A DNA stretch of 64,000 bases from Myxococcota bacterium. Its GTDB lineage: Bacteria > Myxococcota_A > UBA9160 > SZUA-336. The translations under genes and the position numbers were made by a program. How positions within the stretch are numbered: the stretch's first letter is position 1; the number at the start of each line of letters is the position of its first letter. The notes under the pieces were generated by a model. That model searched no databases and was not told where the DNA came from. It worked only from the letters and a program-made list of their open reading frames with translations. The stretch is from assembly GCA_965247115.1 (NCBI GenBank), contig CBDFGR010000002.1, positions 448,001-512,000 on the forward strand, read 5' to 3'. Positions 37,046 through 46,430 of this stretch are shown one piece after another.

Positions 37046-39331
37046 TCACCAGTAGATCCGTCGCATCAGTCTCGGCATGCCGCCTCTCCAGGCGCGGATC
37101 CAGCCGAACTCCAGGTTCGGGCGGTCGTCGGTGACCAGCGGCAGGTGCCGGACGGCGTCGCGGTCGATCGGGATGGTGCTGCCGAAGTAGTCGGAGGTGA
37201 CGCTTCCCCACTCGCTCGCATCCCGGGCCACGTTGGGATCGGCGAGACGGGCGCGGATCCGCTCGTCGGAGACCTCGATCGGCTGCATGGAACCGACCAC
37301 GTGCACGCCGATCCGATTCCCACTCGGAATCTCGAGCGTGTGCGGGAACGCCTCCGCAAAGGTGCGCAGCAGCATGCCGAAGGTCTCCCAGTCGTCGACT
37401 CCCGCGAGGCTGCCGGGCAGCGGGATCCAGTGCGTCATCAGCCCACCGGGCTTCAGGCGGTCTCTGGCCAGCTCGAGGAAGTCGAGGGAGTAGAGGTGGT
37501 TGACTCCTGCGCCATCGATCGGCGGAGGCGGATCGACGGTGATCACGTCGTAGCGCGCGGAGCTCAGCTTGAGAAAGCTTCGCCCATCGTTCGTGACCAT
37601 CCTCCCGCGTGGATAGGCGCGAACCTGCTCGGCGTCCAGGTGAAAGAAGGGAAACGCCTCGAAGACCTCATCCACGAGCTCGACCACCGTGACGCTCCGA
37701 CCGTGCGAGACGGCCGAACGGTACGTCGTCCCCATGCCAAAGCAGATGACAAGCGTGTCCTCGGGATCCGGATGCAGGAGCAACGGTACGTGCGCCATCA
37801 TCTTGGTATCGGTGACGCGCGCGGTCATCCCCGTATGGTTGACCAGCAGCATGCTGGCCGGGCCGGGGTCGCCGGCCAGCGTCAGCACCGTCGTGATGCC
37901 CTGGACGCCCGTCTGGTGGTAGAGCATCTCAGCGCCCGGCCGTGACGCGCCGAGCCGCTGTCGGAACCGGTCCTCGTCGCCCAGGCGCACGACGGCGATC
38001 AGCACGAGCGTCAGTGCCACACCCGCGAGCGCCAGGGTGCCGTCTCTGCCTGTCGAGCCAATGTCGGCAGCTGCCAGCAGCGCTGCTCCGACAAGCGCGG
38101 TCGCGGCATAGAGAGCGACCAGGGCGTAGATGCCCTGAAACAGATCCAGGTGCGGCGCGATCACGAAGCCACCCAGCAGGCCACCGACGACGGCGCCTAC
38201 CGTGTTCCAGGTGTAGGCCCGCGCGACACGTTCGCCTGCCGCGTCCACGCTCTCGGCATCCAGGATGCGCGTGGCGAGCGGAAACACGGCCCCGGACAGG
38301 AGTCCTAACGGAAACAGAATGATCGAGGCCGCCACGTAGAACAGCAGAAGCAGGGTCGGCGGCAGTGCCTGCCCGCCCAGGGGCCGCAACGCATCCGCGA
38401 GCCCGTAGAAGAGCGAGATGGAGACGAGCATCCAGCCGGCACTGGCCAGCTGGCTGGCGACGAGCCAGACCGGCAGCCTCTCCAGGCGCTTGACGACGCA
38501 CGACACACCCGCACTCCCGAGAGCGATGCCGACGAGATACACCATCAAGAGCATCGCAAAGGCATACGTCGAGTTGCCGACCAGGCCCTCGACGGTCCGG
38601 GTCCAGAGCACCTCGGATGCAAGGGCGGTCGCTCCGCTGGCGGCCAGCACGCCGAGCACGAGCCGCGTGAGCCCGGGTCCAGCTGCGGGAGGCGGGTTGT
38701 GCTTCCGCGCCGGCGCGACGTCGGACTGGATGCGGAGGGCCGAGACTCCGACGATCAGGTTGAGACACGCCGCGAGCACGGTCGTATTGCGTACGCCGAT
38801 CAGCTCGATCGACACGAAGCTCACTACCAGTGTGCCCAGCGCCGCACCGAGAGTGTTGGCTCCGTAAAGCAGACCCACCTTCCACGTCGTGCCGCGCTCG
38901 CTTCCGCGATGAAAGAACTCGCTCAACAGCGGCAAGGTCGCACCCATGAGCGTGGTCGGGACAATCAGGACCAGAACGGCCAGCATGGCGCGGACGGAAA
39001 GACCCCAGAGCAGAGATGCGTCCTCGCTCACCAGAGCGGCAAAGATCGCATCGGTCCCCGCGGTGAGGAGGGGGAAGCCCAGCGCGAACGCGCCGATCCC
39101 GAGCTCCAGGCAAGCAAAGAGGCGCAAGGGAGCGCCGACGCGTGGCAGCCAGCGTCCGACGAGCCAGCTTCCGAGCGCGAGCCCCGACATGAAGCCGCTG
39201 AGCACGATCGCTACGGAAGGCGTGGTGCTGCCGAACACAAGCGCCAGCCAGCGTGCCCAGATGATCTGGTAGGTCAGGGCAGTCGAGCCCGACAGGACAA
39301 AGATCAGGTAGACCCAGACGCGAGACCCCAT
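37046..39331 (-). CDS. Fused membrane domain/spermidine synthase-like protein
   Basis: Repeated TM blocks (LMGATLP, NTLGAALG), GMGTT, VEL, DGR, TDDRP. Confidence 0.85.
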   Translation of the reverse strand: MGSRVWVYLIFVLSGSTALTYQIIWARWLALVFGSTTPSVAIVLSGFMSGLALGSWLVGRWLPRVGAPLRLFACLELGIGAFALGFPLLTAGTDAIFAALVSEDASLLWGLSVRAMLAVLVLIVPTTLMGATLPLLSEFFHRGSERGTTWKVGLLYGANTLGAALGTLVVSFVSIELIGVRNTTVLAACLNLIVGVSALRIQSDVAPARKHNPPPAAGPGLTRLVLGVLAASGATALASEVLWTRTVEGLVGNSTYAFAMLLMVYLVGIALGSAGVSCVVKRLERLPVWLVASQLASAGWMLVSISLFYGLADALRPLGGQALPPTLLLLFYVAASIILFPLGLLSGAVFPLATRILDAESVDAAGERVARAYTWNTVGAVVGGLLGGFVIAPHLDLFQGIYALVALYAATALVGAALLAAADIGSTGRDGTLALAGVALTLVLIAVVRLGDEDRFRQRLGASRPGAEMLYHQTGVQGITTVLTLAGDPGPASMLLVNHTGMTARVTDTKMMAHVPLLLHPDPEDTLVICFGMGTTYRSAVSHGRSVTVVELVDEVFEAFPFFHLDAEQVRAYPRGRMVTNDGRSFLKLSSARYDVITVDPPPPIDGAGVNHLYSLDFLELARDRLKPGGLMTHWIPLPGSLAGVDDWETFGMLLRTFAEAFPHTLEIPSGNRIGVHVVGSMQPIEVSDERIRARLADPNVARDASEWGSVTSDYFGSTIPIDRDAVRHLPLVTDDRPNLEFGWIRAWRGGMPRLMRRIYW

Positions 39332-39339
39332 ACGCTAAA

Positions 39340-39390
39340 AGATCGGCAGCGGGACGGACTTCTCTAGCTGGATCTGCAGCTTCCCGATAT
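39340..39390. promoter_or_regulatory. Divergent pair of sigma28-like promoters sharing one -35 element
   Basis: +: TCTAG(39363)-N15-CCCGATAT; -: CTAGA-N15-GCCGATCT. Confidence 0.5.
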
Positions 39391-39425
39391 GAACCCTGAG
39401 CGAGCGAAGTCGGAGGCACCTGGCG

Positions 39426-41348
39426 ATGAAGAGCCTGTCTTGGGAGCGCCTCACGCCACTGCTCCTCGCAGCCTTCACCTTTGCGGCCTACTGCCAAGTC
39501 GGAGGCCACGACTTCGTCAACTTCGACGACAAGCGGTACGTCCTCATGAACCCGAATCTGGAGGCGGGGCTGAGCCTGGAGGGGTTGTCGTGGGCGTTCT
39601 CATCGCTGTACTTCAGCAACTGGCACCCTATGACATGGCTCTCGTATCTGCTGGATTACGAGTTCTGGGGTCTTCTGCCAGGTGGCTATCACCTCACGAA
39701 TCTTCTGCTGCACATCGTGTCCACTCTGGCGCTCTTCGCGGCGCTCCGCAGGCTGACGGCCACCGTCTGGCGAAGCGCGTTCGTGGCAGCCTTGTTCGCC
39801 CTCCACCCGCTACACGTGGAGTCCGTCGCCTGGGTATCCGAACGCAAGGACGTGCTCAGCGGCCTGTTCTGGATGCTGACCCTGTGGAGCTACGCCGTGT
39901 ACGCCGAGCGACCCTCCGTCTGGCGCTACCTTCGGGTCGCCCTGTGTGTGGGCCTTGGGCTCATGGCCAAGCCCATGCTCGTCACGCTGCCTTTCGTCCT
40001 GTTGCTGCTGGACTGTTGGCCCCTAAGACGCCTTCAGAGCACGGAGTCGGGGCGAGTGATCGACGGCAGAAGACTCGGCACTCTCCTCGTGGAGAAGCTG
40101 CCTCTGCTCCTGATGGCGGCGGGCGCGTGCTGGATCACGATGGTCGCCCAGCGCCGGAGCGGCGCCCTGATCGAGATCGAGGAGCTGCCCCTCGGTCTCC
40201 GGCTGGGAAACGCCATGCTCGCCTACATCTGGTATCTGGCGAAAGCGATGTGGCCCACCGGGCTTGCTGTCTACTACCCGCACGCCGCGCACGGCCTCTC
40301 CATCGGCCTCGCAACGGCGTGCGGGCTGCTGCTTGCAACGATCTCTGCAGTGGTGCTGCGCCTCGGACTCCGGAAGCCCTACTTGCTCGTCGGCTGGCTC
40401 TGGTACCTCGGAGTGCTGGTTCCCGTGATCGGGCTGGTTCAGGTCGGACAGCAAGGCATGGCGGATCGGTACACCTACCTACCGCTGATCGGCGTGTTTC
40501 TCGGCGTAAGCTGGGGTGGCTACGATCTGTGGACTCACTGGCGTCTCGACCGCCGCTACCTCGCACCGTGCGCGATCGGCGTGCTCTGCATCCTCTTCAG
40601 CGTGTCTTGGGTTCAAGTCGGCCACTGGAAAAACAGCATCACTCTGTGGGAGCAGACGCTTCGAGTCACCTCCAACAACGATCGGGCTCACTCGAACCTG
40701 GCAACGGCCTTGCTGCGGCGCGGAAACGCGGAGGAGGCCTTCGCGCATTACGTCGAATCACTCAGAATTCAGCCACGGTCCTACATCACCCAGACCCGGG
40801 TTGCGGCACTGCTCGGGAACCAGGGCAAGCTGGAGGCGGCCCGTCGACACTGGGCGGTCGCCATCTGGCTCTTCTCCGAGATGGAGCGCGGCTGGCTATT
40901 CGCCGAGATGGATCTCGGAAAGGGTCACGTCCGAGACGGAGCCGAAAGCGTGCCTCTGAAACGCGGTCGGGAGCTGGCACTCCTCGGTCGCGCCGACGAG
41001 GCGATCGTGGAATTCGAGAGGGCGCTGGCTCTCGACCCCACCTCCGTCGAAGCCATGTTGGGACTGGGGTGTGCACACCTGGGGCAGAATCGACGGGACG
41101 AAGCGATCCGACACTACGCTGAGGCCCTTCGACTCCGCCCGGACTCGGCACCGGGACACTACAAGCTCGCGATCGCCCTCATGCTGGACGGGCGTCCCGA
41201 GGAAGCAGGCGAGCACATCTCGCAGGCCGCCCGCGCCAACCCGAGGCACAGAGGTCTCCGTCATCTAACCCAGCGCTTCAAAGAAGCCACCGAGGAACCT
41301 GAGGACGGAAACGTCGGAGTCCAGCGCGGCCTGGCTTCTGAGCTATAG
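39426..41348 (+). CDS. TMTC-like GT-C membrane glycosyltransferase with C-terminal TPRs
   Basis: NFDD, WHP, HPLHVESVAW..ERKD, ADRYTY, W.NS..LW, TPR repeats. Confidence 0.85.
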   Translation: MKSLSWERLTPLLLAAFTFAAYCQVGGHDFVNFDDKRYVLMNPNLEAGLSLEGLSWAFSSLYFSNWHPMTWLSYLLDYEFWGLLPGGYHLTNLLLHIVSTLALFAALRRLTATVWRSAFVAALFALHPLHVESVAWVSERKDVLSGLFWMLTLWSYAVYAERPSVWRYLRVALCVGLGLMAKPMLVTLPFVLLLLDCWPLRRLQSTESGRVIDGRRLGTLLVEKLPLLLMAAGACWITMVAQRRSGALIEIEELPLGLRLGNAMLAYIWYLAKAMWPTGLAVYYPHAAHGLSIGLATACGLLLATISAVVLRLGLRKPYLLVGWLWYLGVLVPVIGLVQVGQQGMADRYTYLPLIGVFLGVSWGGYDLWTHWRLDRRYLAPCAIGVLCILFSVSWVQVGHWKNSITLWEQTLRVTSNNDRAHSNLATALLRRGNAEEAFAHYVESLRIQPRSYITQTRVAALLGNQGKLEAARRHWAVAIWLFSEMERGWLFAEMDLGKGHVRDGAESVPLKRGRELALLGRADEAIVEFERALALDPTSVEAMLGLGCAHLGQNRRDEAIRHYAEALRLRPDSAPGHYKLAIALMLDGRPEEAGEHISQAARANPRHRGLRHLTQRFKEATEEPEDGNVGVQRGLASEL

Positions 41349-41409
41349 AAGCGGGGACTTCAGCGCGGGGAACTCACGCGGCAGGCGTGGACTGGTAGCA
41401 TAGGTCGTT

Positions 41410-41748
41410 ATGTCTGTCCGACTCGAGAAGGCCTGGGAGCCGCTACGCGAGGAGGCGCTGAAACGGCTGCGCGGACACCTCGGCGTGTACGAGCTGGCCG
41501 ACGCCTCGGGCAAGACGCTCTTCATCGGCTACGCCGGAGGTCGCTCTCGCTACGGACTACGCGGCGAGCTGGAGGAGCAGCTGCGGCGTCGCCCCGGCCA
41601 GGAGCTCCAGTTCCGCGTCGAGGTCAACATGTCCTATCTCTCCCGTTACGAGGAGCTGCTCATGGCGCATCGGGCGGATCACGGCCGGCTGCCCGAGGAG
41701 AACGCCAGGGAGCCGCGACGCAAGCTCGGGCGGCTGAGCCCTCACTGA
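41410..41748 (+). CDS. Small GIY-YIG-like hypothetical protein
   Basis: GVYEL...FIGYAG...LRGEL pattern. Confidence 0.65.
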   Translation: MSVRLEKAWEPLREEALKRLRGHLGVYELADASGKTLFIGYAGGRSRYGLRGELEEQLRRRPGQELQFRVEVNMSYLSRYEELLMAHRADHGRLPEENAREPRRKLGRLSPH

Positions 41749-41763
41749 GGCAGGAGGCATCTC

Positions 41764-42930
41764 ATGCAACTGAAACCCACCGAGGAACAGCAGCAAATTG
41801 TGGACATGGTCCGGCGCTTTGTACGAGAGGAGATCGCGCCGCTCGAGGCGGATCTCGATCCCGACGCGAGCGAGCTCAAACCCGATGACCACGAGCGCCT
41901 CGTCGCGAGGGTGCGGGAGATGGGGTTCTACGGACTGGACATCCCAGAGGAATACGGCGGACCTGGCATCGACCTCATCACCCGGACGCTCATGGCAATG
42001 GAGATGTCTCAGCACCGCGCCGGACTCTACGCACCGTGCTTCGGCGTCTTCGGCGGCGCCGGACTCGCGCAGCTCTACGAGGCCGATGAATATCAGAAGG
42101 AGCGCTACCTCTACCCGATGCTGCGTGGTGAAAAGAGCGGCTTCTTCGGATTGACCGAACCTTCGGGCGGGAGCGATCCCGCTCGCGCGATCCGCACGAC
42201 GGCCGTGCTCGACGGCGACGACTGGGTCCTGAACGGTGAGAAGACGTTCATCAGCGGAGCAGACAGGGCAGACTTTGGCATCACCTTCGCCCGCACCGAT
42301 CCCGAGAAGGGGCGCAACGGAATCACGTGCTTCATTGTCGACACCGACTCACCGGGCTTTCACGTGCGTCGCGTGGTCCACACGCTCCGCTCGTCGCACT
42401 ACGCAACGGAGCTCCAGTACGACAACCTGCGCGTGCCGCGCGCGAACGTTCTGGGTGAGGTTGACCGCGGCTTTGCCATCGCCAACGATCGCTTGAGCCG
42501 CCAGCGCATCCCGTACGCGGCCGGCTGCATCGGCGTTGCGATCCGCGCTCAGGAGATGGCGATCGATTACGCGAAGCAGCGCGAGACCTTTGGCGACGTG
42601 CTCGCGAGCCGCCAGTCCATCCAGTGGATGATCGTCGACAACGAGATCGACATCCGCACCGCTCGCTGGATCACGCTCGACGCAGCTGCCAAGGCGGAGC
42701 GCGGCGAGCCCTTCCGCACCGAGGCCGCGATGGCAAAGCTCGTCGGCAGCGAGGCGGGCTCACGCGTCGTGGATCGCGCGATGCAGATCCACGGCGGCTA
42801 CGGCATGACGAAGGACCTACCGCTCGAGCGCTGGTACCGCGAGATGCGCATCCGCCGCATCGGCGAGGGCCCCAGCGAGGTCCAGCGCCTCATCATGGCG
42901 CGCGACCTGATCGGCGGCTCGTTCCACTAG
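41764..42930 (+). CDS. Acyl-CoA dehydrogenase
   Basis: LTEPSGGSD, NGEKTFIS, RETFG, QIHGGYG, IGEG. Confidence 0.95.
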   Translation: MQLKPTEEQQQIVDMVRRFVREEIAPLEADLDPDASELKPDDHERLVARVREMGFYGLDIPEEYGGPGIDLITRTLMAMEMSQHRAGLYAPCFGVFGGAGLAQLYEADEYQKERYLYPMLRGEKSGFFGLTEPSGGSDPARAIRTTAVLDGDDWVLNGEKTFISGADRADFGITFARTDPEKGRNGITCFIVDTDSPGFHVRRVVHTLRSSHYATELQYDNLRVPRANVLGEVDRGFAIANDRLSRQRIPYAAGCIGVAIRAQEMAIDYAKQRETFGDVLASRQSIQWMIVDNEIDIRTARWITLDAAAKAERGEPFRTEAAMAKLVGSEAGSRVVDRAMQIHGGYGMTKDLPLERWYREMRIRRIGEGPSEVQRLIMARDLIGGSFH

Positions 42931-42948
42931 TCGTGGGACCTAGACAGA

Positions 42949-43053
42949 CGTAAACAACCTCTGAGGCATCACGGTTTTCGCATCACGCATAGATGTGTAC
43001 GAACGGAAGTACACGAACATCCCCCGGGGGATGTTGCGCTTCGCAAGTTTACG
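42949..43053. other. 105-bp multi-hairpin intergenic element
   Basis: CGTAAAC/GTTTACG ends; GTGTAC/GTACAC; perfect 20-bp palindrome 43016-43035. Confidence 0.55.
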
Positions 43054-43083
43054 CGCGGCGGCGGAGCTCTCTGGGGCGCGTTC

Positions 43084-43953
43084 CTAAACGTTGGTGCGCG
43101 CGCGCAGGCCGCACGCCTCGATCTTCGCGGCGAAGTTCTCGAGCCACTTCCGAGGCAGCGCGGAGAGTCGCTCGGCGCCGGGCTGAAGCGAGGGGCGGGC
43201 AAGGCCGTAGAGCTGGACGCCGAGGAGGGGAAGTCCCTCCCCCGCCAGCTTTCGAAGCGCGGCCAGATATGCCTCTTGCTCGGCCGCGGAAGGCGGAGCG
43301 CCGTCCTGTGCGAACACACAGGTTTGAATCCACGTGGGGCACAGCTCGGCCGACCGGCGCAGGCGCTCGAGGTGCCGCTCGGGGTCGACTGCGCGACCGC
43401 AGATCCCGCGCGCGCCCTCCGCCGTCGCGCTGTCGAGCTTGAACCAGATCTCTCCGCCGAGACTCGAAAGCTCGGCCAGCGCTCGATCGATGGCGGGCCG
43501 ACCGACCATGCTCCCGTTCGTGATCAGGAGCGGTGTCACCTCGCCTTGCAACGAGAAGTCGTCCAGCACTCGGGCGACGGCGCTCAACGCCTCGCCGAAC
43601 TGCGGAGACGTGGTCGGCTCGCCGTTGCCCGAGAGGGCGACATCGTTCAGGCGCCGCAACCCCTCCGGAGCACGGCGCTCCAGCCAGTCGCCGTTCACGA
43701 TCTCGTCGAGCAAGCCACGCAGCTCCGCCTCGAGCCGTGCGAGATCGAGCTGCGGCGCGCTCCCCAGCACCAGATCCGGGACCTGGCAGTACACGCACGC
43801 CCAGTTGCAGGCGTTGTTCGGGTTCAGGTTCACGCCGACCGAGACGCCCGCGCTGCGCCTGGACACGACCGCGTAGACGTACACGAGCCCTTCGGAGCCT
43901 CGATCGTGATCCGTGACGGAGAGCAGCTGCGCGGAACGAACTCGGGTGGTCAC
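43084..43953 (-). CDS. Radical SAM protein
   Basis: CNWACVYC motif; SGNGEPT. Confidence 0.9.
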   Translation of the reverse strand: MTTRVRSAQLLSVTDHDRGSEGLVYVYAVVSRRSAGVSVGVNLNPNNACNWACVYCQVPDLVLGSAPQLDLARLEAELRGLLDEIVNGDWLERRAPEGLRRLNDVALSGNGEPTTSPQFGEALSAVARVLDDFSLQGEVTPLLITNGSMVGRPAIDRALAELSSLGGEIWFKLDSATAEGARGICGRAVDPERHLERLRRSAELCPTWIQTCVFAQDGAPPSAAEQEAYLAALRKLAGEGLPLLGVQLYGLARPSLQPGAERLSALPRKWLENFAAKIEACGLRARTNV

Positions 43954-44044
43954 CGCCTGGACTTACACTCCCCGGCGTTCCGCTTCAAGTCGAGCAGCCG
44001 CCCTCATCCGGGAGACCTATAATCTCGAGCCTCGGGAGACAAGT

Positions 44045-44823
44045 GTGCTGATCACGAGCCTGCGCCGCAGCTCCAAGATCCACGGCGACGTGGCAGAGCG
44101 CTTCCGGCGCCATATCGACAAGGGGTGCGTCCTCGACGTGCCCGCCGGAAAGGGAGAGAACGCCCGCGCTCTGGTTGCGGGCGGGTTCGAGGTGCGCGCC
44201 GCAGATCTGTTTCCGGAAAGGCTTTCCGGGTCGGGCTTCCCCGTCGACGCAGTGGACCTGACGCAGCCGCTGCCCTACGCGGACGAGCGCTTCGACGGCG
44301 TGCTCTTCTCGGGGGGATCGAGCACCTCGATGCCCAGGTGGCCGCGCTCGGGGAGATGGCCCGGGTGCTGAAGCCGGGAGGCGTGCTCATCGTCACCACC
44401 CCGAACGTGCTCCACCTGGAGGGCCGGCTGGGGCAGCTGCTCACGGCCCACGCGTATCGCAACCGCGCGATGGTCGTGGAGACCGCGGCCTACTGGTCCG
44501 GAGATCCGCCGCCCGGAGCCGGCACGGCGTCGACGTACTTCGGGCATGTGTTCCTGATCGACGCCTTTCAGCTGCGTTTCTACCTGACGCACGTCGGACT
44601 CGAGGTCGTCGAGGTCGACACCACGCGCTACTCGTGGAAATCGCTGCTGCTCGCCCCGTTCCTCTACCCACTGGTGTGGTGGGCCACGCGCGCCCTCCTG
44701 GCTCGCAAGCGCTCCCGGGTGCCGCCGGAGCTGCAGCTGCGCTTGCGACGCGAGATCCTGAGTCCCGCAGTCCTCTTCGGTCGCAAGCTGATCATGGTCG
44801 CGCGCAAGTCGCGAAAGACGTGA
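44045..44823 (+). pseudogene. Class I SAM methyltransferase with frameshift at 44311-44316
   Basis: LDVPAGKG in one frame, IEHL...RVLKPGG..TTPN in another; TATAAT at 44018 upstream. Confidence 0.8.
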
Positions 44824-45557
44824 GCCTGGAGCTCATGGCTGCCGAATCTCGAGTCCTGATCTCCGCAATCAAGAAGGCGCTGCGCGAGCGTGCGAATCCC
44901 GCGAAGGCGGGCGGGATGCAGGCCTACATGAAATCGGAGATGCCGTACCGCGGCGTCCAGACACCGGAGATGCGAAGGGCCTGCAGGGAGGTCTATCCGC
45001 ACTATCCGCTCCCGAGCTTCGACGCCTGGCGCAACACGATCCTCGCGCTGTGGCGCGGCGCCCGCTACCGGGAGGAGCGCTACGCGGCGCTGGAACTGGC
45101 GCGCGCGAGGCCCTATGCGCCGTTTCGAACGCTGCGGGCCGTGCCGATGTTCGAGGAGATCGTGGTTACCGGGGCCTGGTGGGACTACGTGGACTACGTC
45201 GCGAGCCACCATCTGGGTGACATCCTGAGGCGGCAGCCAGCTGGCATGAAACGGCGCATGCGCGCCTGGTCGAAGTCCCCCGACATGTGGAAGCGCCGCA
45301 GCTCCATCCTCTGCCAGCTCGGCTTCAAGGACGACATCGACCTGGACCTGCTCTACGAGTGCATCGAGCGCTCGGCGTCGAGCGACGAGTTCTTCCTGCA
45401 AAAGGCCATCGGCTGGGCCCTCCGCAACCACGCCTGGACCGATCCGCAGGAGGTGATCCGCTACGTCAGGAAGAACAGGGCCTCCCTCCGCAAGCTCTCC
45501 AAACGCGAGGCCTTGAAGAACGTGATCAAGCAGGGCCTGCTCGACGCCGTCCCTTAG
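44820..45557 (+). CDS. alkD: DNA alkylation repair protein (AlkD family)
   Basis: AYMKS, WWDYVD, W.RR, EFFLQKAIGWALR. Confidence 0.88.
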   Translation: MSLELMAAESRVLISAIKKALRERANPAKAGGMQAYMKSEMPYRGVQTPEMRRACREVYPHYPLPSFDAWRNTILALWRGARYREERYAALELARARPYAPFRTLRAVPMFEEIVVTGAWWDYVDYVASHHLGDILRRQPAGMKRRMRAWSKSPDMWKRRSSILCQLGFKDDIDLDLLYECIERSASSDEFFLQKAIGWALRNHAWTDPQEVIRYVRKNRASLRKLSKREALKNVIKQGLLDAVP

Positions 45558-45600
45558 CCGGCTGTCTCTCGACGCTGCGACGCGGCCTGCTCGAGCCGGC

Positions 45601-46053
45601 TCAGCAGACCTGATAGACGCGATACTCGACGGCGCTCGGAAGGGCGCGACCTTCTGCCACGGCAACGACGGAGTTCAGCCAGGCGTAGTTCGGGTCGCCC
45701 GTCTCGAAGCGCGGCTGCGTCATGAAGTAGGCGTCGCCGTACTGCGTCTCCCCTCCCCCGGAGAGGGCTTTCGAGACCGCCTCGTTGGGCACGAGCACGC
45801 CGTAGTACTGCACGTAGATGCGGGCGCCGTCATCTGTCTCGAGCGTGGCCCGCACGTCGAGCCGGATGACGCCGTCGCTGCCCACGAGAAGCCAATCGCC
45901 CCCGCTAGCAAGGAGCCTCCCCTTGAGCCGCGGCCCCTTGAAGCTCCCGCCGGTCACATCGAAGATCTGCCGGGTCCCCGACGGGCCGCCGCCCACCTCG
46001 ACGGGAGGCTTCAGGTCCGCTCTGAACATCATCAAGTACTCGAGCTTCGGCAT
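45601..46053 (-). CDS. DUF3237 family protein
   Basis: GG.FKGPRL.G, GGDW, LETDDG, PRFETG..YAWLN. Confidence 0.88.
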   Translation of the reverse strand: MPKLEYLMMFRADLKPPVEVGGGPSGTRQIFDVTGGSFKGPRLKGRLLASGGDWLLVGSDGVIRLDVRATLETDDGARIYVQYYGVLVPNEAVSKALSGGGETQYGDAYFMTQPRFETGDPNYAWLNSVVAVAEGRALPSAVEYRVYQVC

Positions 46054-46069
46054 GCAACTCCTCCGCGGT

Positions 46070-46426
46070 TCAGATCATGCCAGGGTTGATCAGGACCCCG
46101 TTGTGGATCAGAAACGACATCACGTCGCTCACGAGCTTGCGCGCCTTGGTCCCGGAGAGTCCGGATGCCGCCCGAAACGCGCGGATCTGCTCGACCAGCT
46201 CTTCTCTCCGCTTCACGCTCCCGAAGCGCTCACCGGTCGCTTTGCGCCGCACAAAGCAGAACGCGACGAGCTCGTCGGGATCCTTGTCCGCGAACGCGCA
46301 GAAGGCGGCCAGCACCTCGAGCTTCTCTGGCTCCTCCATCAGGGGCTCGCCGCCCCACTTCTCGCTGAGGCTGCTCGCCCACGTGCGCGTACTCGCGTAG
46401 TCCTCGATCGGCTTCTCGAGCCCCAA
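46070..46426 (-). CDS. Hypothetical protein
   Basis: Compact ORF in operon; ends SFLIHNG. Confidence 0.7.
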   Translation of the reverse strand: MGLEKPIEDYASTRTWASSLSEKWGGEPLMEEPEKLEVLAAFCAFADKDPDELVAFCFVRRKATGERFGSVKRREELVEQIRAFRAASGLSGTKARKLVSDVMSFLIHNGVLINPGMI

Positions 46427-46430
46427 CGGG

